Origin: Patescibacteria group bacterium
GTDB taxonomy: Bacteria > Patescibacteriota > Patescibacteriia > UBA9570 > JAHJKD01
Direction: 5' to 3'
DNA: 64,000 nt
Assembly: GCA_043798935.1 (NCBI GenBank)
Contig: JAZDOC010000017.1
Location: forward strand, 64,381 to 128,380
Positions 9,322 through 16,054 of the stretch are shown piece by piece. Position numbers and translations under genes: made by a program. The notes beneath the pieces were generated by a model. It ran no database searches. It was not told where the DNA came from and worked only from the letters and a program-made list of their open reading frames with translations. Numbering within the stretch: position 1 is the stretch's first letter; each line of letters begins with the position of its first letter.

Positions 9322-9682
9322 GTACATTTACAAAAGGCAGTGGAGAGAGAAGTGGAGTTAAATAATTAAACACACTTTTTTCTCTGCTGTATGGTATATC
9401 CAGGAAAAAAACAAAAATAAAAACACCTCAACGCCAGCCCTCATTATATATTCTCTTACGAGAATCAGAGGGACAGCGGTATAGCAGAGTATCCCATCGC
9501 TGGGATGACCTATCACTCCTGGTAAATAGGCAGAAAGCACCTTAGTTTTTGAGCAGAAATTCTTTGCATCTTCCCCTCAGGGGAATGTACAAAGTCAGCT
9601 TAAAAGCTTGGGGGCGCACAGAACGTCCATTATCTCTTTCCTTAGTGAAGAGGGGGCGCTCATAGCGCCCCCTCTTTTTTTT
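9322..9682 (+). ncRNA. Candidate structured non-coding RNA of ~360 nt, family unknown, bounded by a promoter and a strong intrinsic terminator.
   Basis: There is no ORF of 60 aa or more on this strand. The local GC is higher than the flanks. Several perfect short hairpins are present: attctc-ttac-gagaat (9450-9465), atccca-tcgc-tgggat (9491-9506) and ttcccc-tca-ggggaa (9571-9585). The 3' end is a 12-bp GC-rich stem plus T8. Confidence 0.25.
9649..9682 (+). terminator. Strong rho-independent terminator.
   Basis: agagggggcgct (9649-9660) pairs with agcgccccctct across a cat loop, followed by tttttttt (9675-9682). Confidence 0.8.
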
Positions 9683-9731
9683 ATAAAAATTTTGCTATAA
9701 TAACTGTATAATAATTAATAATTATAAATTT

Positions 9732-10103
9732 ATGGACCAAAAAACATTAGACATTTTAAAAAAACAGCTACTGGCCGAAAAAGATAGCGTTATTGAAGAA
9801 TTAAGCTTAATATCAAAGCCGGATGCCGGGGATCATGTGGTTGGTGATTTTAATCCGCAAATGCCCGATTACGGCGATGATACCGGCGACGATCCGGAAA
9901 GTTCACCGGCTGAAGTGGAAGATTATCAATTAAATATTAATGCTACTTCAAAACTGGAAGCAAAATTAAACGATATCAATACGGTTTTGGAAAAAATAGA
10001 AAATAATGAATATGGAATTTGTGATGTTTGCGGTGGTAGCATTGCCGAAAATCGATTACAAGCCAACCCATCAGCATTAACCTGCGTAAAGTGCAGTGAA
10101 TAA
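9732..10103 (+). CDS. DksA/TraR-family C4 zinc-finger protein.
   Basis: 123 aa. The C-terminal motif CDVCGGSIAENRLQANPSALTCVKCSE is Cys-X2-Cys-X17-Cys-X2-Cys, and the N-terminus is acidic/coiled-coil as in the TraR/DksA family. Confidence 0.65.
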   Translation: MDQKTLDILKKQLLAEKDSVIEELSLISKPDAGDHVVGDFNPQMPDYGDDTGDDPESSPAEVEDYQLNINATSKLEAKLNDINTVLEKIENNEYGICDVCGGSIAENRLQANPSALTCVKCSE

Positions 10104-10572
10104 AATAAAATTATCAGCTCGAGATTTATGTTTAATAATTATTTTGATTGTGGCTTTTGCATTAGATAGAGCTGCTAAAATGTTTTTCATTAATTCGGAT
10201 AAATCGTGGATAATAATAAAAAAAATATTAACCCTGGAATTACATAATAATTCCGGCATTGCTTTTGGTATAATATTTAACTTGAACATATATTATATTC
10301 TTTTTGCCATAATTTTTATTTTTTTAATTTATTTATTAGTTCAGTATTATTTGGCTAATAATTATTTTTTAGTTGTTTGTTTAAGTTTTATTATTATTGG
10401 GGCATATTCTAATTTGTTGGATCGAATTCGGTTTGGCGCCGTGATTGATTTTATTAATGTCGAATTTTGGTCGATTTTTAATTTTGCTGATTGCTATATT
10501 GTGCTTTCGGTAATTGCCTGGTTAATATATTTATTTAAATATGACCGCCAAAAGATTTCAGAAAAAAGTTGA
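10096..10572 (+). CDS. lspA: Lipoprotein signal peptidase (signal peptidase II).
   Basis: 158 aa with 4 TM helices. It has the conserved NSGIAFGI and RFGAVIDFINV...FNFADCYI motifs. It overlaps the previous gene by 8 nt. Confidence 0.8.
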   Translation: MNKIKLSARDLCLIIILIVAFALDRAAKMFFINSDKSWIIIKKILTLELHNNSGIAFGIIFNLNIYYILFAIIFIFLIYLLVQYYLANNYFLVVCLSFIIIGAYSNLLDRIRFGAVIDFINVEFWSIFNFADCYIVLSVIAWLIYLFKYDRQKISEKS

Positions 10573-10864
10573 AGATTTTGTTTGCGAATATTGCCAAACA
10601 AAAGTTAAAGGCACAGGATATACTGATCATTGCCATTATTGTTTATGCTCGAAGCACGTGGATATAAATCCGGGTGATCGTCAAGCCGACTGCGGTGGTA
10701 AAATGGTAATTGTTCACATTGAATTTATTCATAGCAAATATGCATTACATTATAAATGCCAAAAATGTGGGTTTGAAAAACGCAATAAATTGCAGGCCGA
10801 AGACAATATGGATAAATTAATCAGTATTCAACAGGAAATTAACGACGCTATTGTCAAAAAATAG
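10541..10864 (+). CDS. RNHCP-domain zinc-ribbon protein.
   Basis: 107 aa. It has Cys/His clusters (CEYCQTK, HCHYC, CGGK, CQKCGF) typical of the RNHCP family. It overlaps the lspA 3' end. Confidence 0.5.
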   Translation: MTAKRFQKKVEDFVCEYCQTKVKGTGYTDHCHYCLCSKHVDINPGDRQADCGGKMVIVHIEFIHSKYALHYKCQKCGFEKRNKLQAEDNMDKLISIQQEINDAIVKK

Positions 10865-10937
10865 TTCATAGTTTAAAATGTTCGTTAGATTGGGCGCCCT
10901 CCTACTGCAGAGAGAGCGTTTTTTATTTACTAAATTT

Positions 10938-12446
10938 ATGATGAAAAAGATTTTAACCGCGGCCGTAGTTGGCTTGCAGTGTTTGCCCGTAGAAGTGGAA
11001 GCTGATATTGCTCATGGTTTTCCAAATTTTTGTATTGTTGGTCTACCCGACACAGCCGTGCAAGAAGCTAAAGAACGAGTACGTTCGGCCGTGAAAAATG
11101 TCGGGCATTATTTCCCCGAATTTCGCGTAACCATTAATTTAGCGCCGGCTGATATTAAAAAAGAAGGGCCAGGCTTTGATTTGCCCATAGCCTTAGCCGT
11201 TCTGTTAGCCGATGGTCAAATAAAACATATTGATGAAAAATATATGTTTATTGGAGAATTGTCTTTGCACGGTGAAGTACGAGCTGTGGCCGGTATATTA
11301 GCCGCTGCCATGATGGCTAAAGAACGAAAAATCAAAACGCTTTTTGTGCCCAGCGATAATGCACCCGAAGCTGCTTTAATTGATGAATTGGAAGTTATCC
11401 CAGTGGAAAGTTTGTTGCAGTTATTAAATCATTTAAACGGCACAAAGAAAATTGCACCTTATTGTGGCGTCGAGATTAAATGCTTAAGCCATAATTTTAA
11501 AGAAAGTTTAGACATGGCATTTATTAAAGGTCAAGAAACAGCTAAACGCGCTTTAGAAATTGCCGCGGCCGGAGCACATAATATTTTATTAAGCGGGCCT
11601 CCGGGTTCGGGAAAAACACTTTTATCTAAAACCATGGTGTCTATAATGCCCATGGTTACTCATGAAGAAATGTTAGAAACCACTCGCATTTATAGTGTGG
11701 CTGGTTTATTATCTAAAAAACAACCATTAATAAATTTTCGTCCCTTTCGTGCTCCTCATCATAGTGCCTCGGCACCGTCAATTGTTGGCGGTGGGCGCAT
11801 ACCTAAGCCGGGTGAGATATCGCTAGCTCATCGAGGAGTATTATTTTTAGATGAGTTTCCGGAATTTCCGCGAATTGTGCTTGAGGCTCTGCGTCAACCG
11901 CTAGAGGAGGGAATTATTCATGTTAGTCGGGTCCAAGGAACGGTTTGTTATCCGGCGAATTTTATTTTAGTAGCTTCGATGAATCCTTGTCCGTGCGGAT
12001 ATAAAGGTGACCAACAAAAAGAATGTACTTGTTCACCGCTTCAGATAATTAATTATCAAAAAAAGATCTCGGGCCCAATATTAGATCGTATTGATCTGCA
12101 TGTAAATGTTCCACGGATAAAATTTTCAAAATTAGCTGATAATAAAAACGCCGAAGCTTCAGCTATAATTCAAAAACGTGTAGAAAAAGCTCGCTTAATT
12201 CAAAAACAAAGGTTTGCAGGAAAAAAAATTTTAGTAAATTCGGAAATGGGCAATCGTGAAGTGCAAGAATATTGCATTTTGAATAAAGAGAGTTTAGAAC
12301 TATTAAAACAAGCAGTCACCAAGCTTAATTTATCTCCGCGCGCGTATTTTAGAATTTTAAAATTAGCGCGTACCATTGCCGATTTAGATGAAAATAATCA
12401 TATTGAAACTCAGCACGTGGCTGAAGCTTTACAATATAGGGGGTGA
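10938..12446 (+). CDS. comM: YifB/ComM-family Mg-chelatase-like AAA+ ATPase, a competence-associated protein.
   Basis: It has the Lon-like N-domain (FCIVGLPDTAVQEAKERV), Walker A LLSGPPGSGKTLL, Walker B VLFLDEFPEF and a C-terminal ChlI-like region. I place the start at MMKKIL (10938) rather than at the upstream ORF-track Met at 10878. Confidence 0.85.
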   Translation: MMKKILTAAVVGLQCLPVEVEADIAHGFPNFCIVGLPDTAVQEAKERVRSAVKNVGHYFPEFRVTINLAPADIKKEGPGFDLPIALAVLLADGQIKHIDEKYMFIGELSLHGEVRAVAGILAAAMMAKERKIKTLFVPSDNAPEAALIDELEVIPVESLLQLLNHLNGTKKIAPYCGVEIKCLSHNFKESLDMAFIKGQETAKRALEIAAAGAHNILLSGPPGSGKTLLSKTMVSIMPMVTHEEMLETTRIYSVAGLLSKKQPLINFRPFRAPHHSASAPSIVGGGRIPKPGEISLAHRGVLFLDEFPEFPRIVLEALRQPLEEGIIHVSRVQGTVCYPANFILVASMNPCPCGYKGDQQKECTCSPLQIINYQKKISGPILDRIDLHVNVPRIKFSKLADNKNAEASAIIQKRVEKARLIQKQRFAGKKILVNSEMGNREVQEYCILNKESLELLKQAVTKLNLSPRAYFRILKLARTIADLDENNHIETQHVAEALQYRG

Positions 12447-12509
12447 GGAAAAAGAGAAGCAAAGTCGGGGGGGCATATCGATTGAAGGAGCGAATATATG
12501 TATTCGCAC

Positions 12510-13145
12510 CTACAACACTATCACTACATATTCTCCTTTGGGAGTAGAGATATTTATTTCACTGGCAATACCACGGTAGAAAGTTTCATAAATTTTAGTA
12601 AGTTCTTTGGCCACAACAACCTTAGTTTGGCCGAGTTCTTTTAAAAGTTTATTAATGCGATGGCAAGATTCATAAAGTATAACCGGCTTATCTTCATTAA
12701 TAATATTTTTTAAAAAGGTTTGCCTACCTTTTTTATTAGGCGGAAAACCATAAAAAGCGAATTTGGAAAAGTTAAGTCCGCTGGCTTGCAGAGCACATAT
12801 TGCGGCACACGGACCAGGAAGCGGCACAACTTTAATATTATTTTTTATTGCTTCAGAAATTAAAATTTGTCCCGGATCAGATATTCCGGGTGTGCCAGCA
12901 TCAGACACCAGAGCTATGTCTTTACCCTGTTTTAATAGATCAATTAAATAATCAATTTTCGTTAACTTAGAATGTTGATGATATGAAATTAATGGTTTAG
13001 AAATTTCATATTTTTGTAATAATTTAGCGGTTTGTCGGGTGTCTTCACAGGCAATAATATCAGCGGTTTTTAAGCACTCAACTGCTCGATAAGTAATATC
13101 TTTTAGATTGCCAATTGGAGTGGCAATAACATATAAAATATCCAT
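12510..13145 (-). CDS. rsmI: 16S rRNA (cytidine1402-2'-O)-methyltransferase, tetrapyrrole-methylase fold.
   Basis: 211 aa. It starts LYVIATPIGNLKDITYRAVECLKTADIIACEDTRQTAKLL and carries the GTPGISDPG motif. Confidence 0.9.
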   Translation of the reverse strand: MDILYVIATPIGNLKDITYRAVECLKTADIIACEDTRQTAKLLQKYEISKPLISYHQHSKLTKIDYLIDLLKQGKDIALVSDAGTPGISDPGQILISEAIKNNIKVVPLPGPCAAICALQASGLNFSKFAFYGFPPNKKGRQTFLKNIINEDKPVILYESCHRINKLLKELGQTKVVVAKELTKIYETFYRGIASEINISTPKGEYVVIVL

Positions 13146-13215
13146 TTACTTATTGTTATAATTAATATATACTTAATATAGACTAAAAATAAATAACTAA
13201 CAACTATTATTCATT

Positions 13216-13602
13216 ATGGCAGACAACAAAACTAAAGTATTAATCGTTGAAGATGATAAATTTCTAGCGGAATTAATCTCTACTAAATTAGATAAAGAAG
13301 GCTTCGACATCGTATTGGCTAATGACGGCGAAAGCGGTGTTTCTAAAACCAGAGAAGAATTACCAGAAATAATATTATTAGATATCATGTTGCCAGGTAT
13401 GGATGGTTTTGAAGTACTCGAAAATTTAAAAAAAGATTTAAGCGAAAAAGTTAGAAAAATTCCAGTAATAATATTATCTAATTTTGGCCAAGAAGAAAAA
13501 GTAGAAAGAGGTTTAGCCTTAGGAGCAGTAGATTATCTTGTAAAAGCCAACTTTACTACCAGCGAAATTGTAGGCAAGATTAAAGAAACATTAGGTCAAT
13601 AA
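13216..13602 (+). CDS. Single-domain response regulator (CheY-like receiver only).
   Basis: 128 aa. It has VLIVEDD, the phospho-acceptor context ILLDIMLPGMDGFEVL and a conserved K in VDYLVKANF. There is no output domain. Confidence 0.8.
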   Translation: MADNKTKVLIVEDDKFLAELISTKLDKEGFDIVLANDGESGVSKTREELPEIILLDIMLPGMDGFEVLENLKKDLSEKVRKIPVIILSNFGQEEKVERGLALGAVDYLVKANFTTSEIVGKIKETLGQ

Positions 13603-13620
13603 ACAATATCAAAAAAATAA

Positions 13621-13651
13621 AAAAACCCCAGGTTTTATACCCGGGGTTTTT
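13621..13651. terminator. Bidirectional intrinsic terminator between convergent genes.
   Basis: aaaaacccc (13621-13629) pairs with ggggttttt (13643-13651) around a 13-nt loop. The A-run and T-run on either side allow termination on both strands. Confidence 0.6.
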
Positions 13652-13664
13652 AGTTAAATAAATT

Positions 13665-14927
13665 TTATAACCAATTCCAAGGATTTTGTTTGGCTCCATT
13701 TTTAATTACCTCAAAGTGCAAATGAGGGCCGGTTGACCAACCAGTAGAGCCTTCCCAACCAATTTGCTGACCCCGGGAAACACTCTGACCATTAGATATT
13801 GAAAAACTAGAGAAATGACCATATAAAGTTTGTAAGCCATTGCCATGATTAATGGTAATATAATTACCATAACCATTGCTTTTGTTTGGAATTACAGTGG
13901 CCACTCCTGATTCGGCCGCATAAATAGGTTTTCCTAAACCACAATTAATATCAATGGCAATATGACCCCAACGGACGCCTTGGCTAATACGACGGCAAGA
14001 TGATGGCCAGTTTAAAGTTCCGGCAGTTACACTGGAGCCGCTACCTGGGGTATATAAACTACCGCTTGAAGATGATCCATGGCCTGAAGAAGGCGTGGAA
14101 ACTGGTTTTGGTGTTGGAGGAGTATATGGCTCACCATCTACTACTAAAATTTCTTGACCGACCGGAATTAATCCATTATCACCTATATTATTAATATCTT
14201 TAGTGGCTTGTTTATCGCCTTTATGTTGAGAAACTATTCTATCAAAAGTATCACCTGAGACTACTTTATGAATAATGCCATTTTTAGGAAGTATTTTTAA
14301 TGTATCACCAACTTTGCTGACGCTTTTAGAATTTAATCCGTTTTCCCACAAAATAGTATTTAATGACAAATCATATTTTTCAGCAATTGTGCTTAGGGTA
14401 TCGCCCTCTTGAATTTCATATTCAATAATTTTAACTCTTTTCTTTGAAACTACATTTTCGAGTAATGCGGCCGAGGCCAGGGTTGATCCTTCATCTAACA
14501 AAATAACACTATCCTCAACATCTATTTTTTCACTTATTTCTGGGATATTAGCGATTACTAATCCATTTGTATCTACATAATTTTTTACTCTTTTACTTTT
14601 ATTCAAATCGGCTTTTACCACTTCCTCTTCTTCACTGCCCAAGTCTAAGCCTAATTTACTTTGAGCGATTTTATATAAATTACTTTTTTTAGCTACATTG
14701 TCTTGGCGTACGTCATTAGCCGAAAGAACATTCGTGCTGGTCACACATAAGGCAATGATCACAATAATCACATTAACTGTATGGCGGTTGTATGCTAAAA
14801 AGCCTAATTTATTTCTAAAAAAGACTGATTTATTAAGACGAGTAGTTATTTTTAAGTATATTTTATAGATTTCAATGACCAATGGTTTTACTGTAAATTT
14901 CCAGATTCCAGAAAATGGTTTAGCCAC
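13665..14927 (-). CDS. LysM-domain M23-family peptidoglycan endopeptidase.
   Basis: It has an N-terminal TM helix and two LysM repeats (DTLSTIAEKYDLSLNTILWEN and DTFDRIVSQH). The M23 motifs are HIAIDI, GYGNYITINHGNGLQTLYGH and GSTGWSTGPHLHFEV. Confidence 0.85.
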   Translation of the reverse strand: MAKPFSGIWKFTVKPLVIEIYKIYLKITTRLNKSVFFRNKLGFLAYNRHTVNVIIVIIALCVTSTNVLSANDVRQDNVAKKSNLYKIAQSKLGLDLGSEEEEVVKADLNKSKRVKNYVDTNGLVIANIPEISEKIDVEDSVILLDEGSTLASAALLENVVSKKRVKIIEYEIQEGDTLSTIAEKYDLSLNTILWENGLNSKSVSKVGDTLKILPKNGIIHKVVSGDTFDRIVSQHKGDKQATKDINNIGDNGLIPVGQEILVVDGEPYTPPTPKPVSTPSSGHGSSSSGSLYTPGSGSSVTAGTLNWPSSCRRISQGVRWGHIAIDINCGLGKPIYAAESGVATVIPNKSNGYGNYITINHGNGLQTLYGHFSSFSISNGQSVSRGQQIGWEGSTGWSTGPHLHFEVIKNGAKQNPWNWL

Positions 14928-15276
14928 TAATAAAACAAAAATTTTTATAAAACGAGCTACAATTTTTAATAATTTTATAAAAGAAAGACTGCATTTTAGT
15001 AATAATTTTGTAAATTGAGTACTAATATGGTTGATCCTTGTTAATAATAGATCGCGCTATTCTTATTTTATAACAGTTTTCTGCTAAGATTAGCTAAAAA
15101 TATTATATTAATGCTTATTAATAGTGCCTCTTTAAATTAGGCAACCAGAACAGCGTATCATGATGAATATACTCAGTCAATGATTTCATCCCCAGTAGGC
15201 CTATTTTTAGGCTAATTTAAGCCATTTTTATTTATTTATTTCCTAATATTAGGTAAGTATTTATTTTTTATATATA

Positions 15277-15308
15277 TTGAAGGCGCGAATACGTATTCGC
15301 GCCTTCAA
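15277..15308. repeat. Perfect 32-bp palindrome (REP-like hairpin) ttgaaggcgcgaatac|gtattcgcgccttcaa.
   Basis: It is self-complementary over 32 bp. A second copy of the core aaggcgcgaatacgtattcgcgccttcaa lies at 15825-15853 inside the downstream RAYT ORF. Confidence 0.85.
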
Positions 15309-15397
15309 TATATATTCACGCGCTCATTTTCATCTTCAATATATATTCACGCGCTCATTTTCATCTTCAATATATATTCACGCGCTCATTTTTCGCG
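15305..15397. repeat. Tandem direct repeat of 3 x 31 bp (tcaatatatattcacgcgctcattttcatct).
   Basis: Three consecutive copies start at 15305, 15336 and 15367. The last is degenerate at its 3' end. The array immediately abuts the REP palindrome. Confidence 0.85.
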
Positions 15398-15475
15398 TTC
15401 TGTTTTTTTAATTAATATAAAAGTTTTAATTATTTATAAATTTATGCTATTTTATTATATAGAGGGCGTTTCTAA

Positions 15476-16042
15476 TTGCAGGTAACGCTTTTTATGTTTC
15501 AAAAAAAATTGCATCACAATTCGCAACCGCGGATTTATGGTCGAAATAAAATTTATTTTTTAACAACCATTACATATCAGAGGTATTCATATTTTGATAA
15601 TGATGTTTTTTGTAATATTTTATGGAATGACATTTTTTATACAAAAAAATTAAAACAATTTCATATATTTGCCTTTGTAATTATCAATAATCATTTGCAT
15701 ATAATAGTGCAACCGTATGGGAGATATAATATTTCCGAGATTATGCAATCATTAAAAATGAATTCATCTCATAATATTAATAAAATAACAAGACAATATT
15801 TTAATAAGCGTATTAATGATAGGAAAGGCGCGAATACGTATTCGCGCCTTCAATTTTCTATAAAAGCAATGAAATTTAGATGGCAACATTCTTTTTATGA
15901 TCACATCATACGTGATCGGAAGGATTTATTGAATCATGTAAATTATATAAAGGATAATCCCTTAAAACATAACTTAATTAAATCAAATGAAAAATATACA
16001 TGGATTTTTATTAATCTAGACAAATTCGTGAAAATTTTATAA
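15476..16042 (+). mobile_element. REP-associated tyrosine transposase (RAYT, IS200/IS605 TnpA-like, Y1 HUH family).
   Basis: 188 aa. It has the HUH motif NHLHIIV and the C-terminal RAYT signature RWQHSFYDHIIRDRKDLLNHVNYIKDNPLKH, with the catalytic Tyr in the YIxxNP context. The cognate palindrome lies upstream and internally. Confidence 0.7.
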
Positions 16043-16054
16043 GATTACGGGAGT

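Noticed and set aside
9358-9540. 60-aa minus-strand ORF inside the candidate ncRNA region.
   Set aside because: It is antisense to a promoter/terminator-bounded plus-strand unit, with no RBS and unremarkable composition. The plus-strand RNA interpretation fits better, but I cannot exclude the ORF.
9322-9682. Possibility that this region is SRP RNA, RNase P RNA, tmRNA or 6S RNA.
   Set aside because: I could not find the SRP domain IV GGAAGGAAGCAGC-type motif, the RNase P CR-I AGGAAAGTCCGGGC motif or a tmRNA tRNA-like 3' end. The region is left as an unclassified candidate.
9696-9712. Candidate promoter for the DksA/TraR gene (TGcTATAAT extended -10 at 9693-9701, or TATAAT at 9707-9712).
   Set aside because: No convincing -35 with proper spacing; the -35 position falls in the terminator stem. 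It is plausible but too ambiguous to list as a feature.
12388-12579. 63-aa plus-strand ORF bridging the comM 3' end and the rsmI 3' end.
   Set aside because: It overlaps two well-supported genes and has no motif. It is likely noise.
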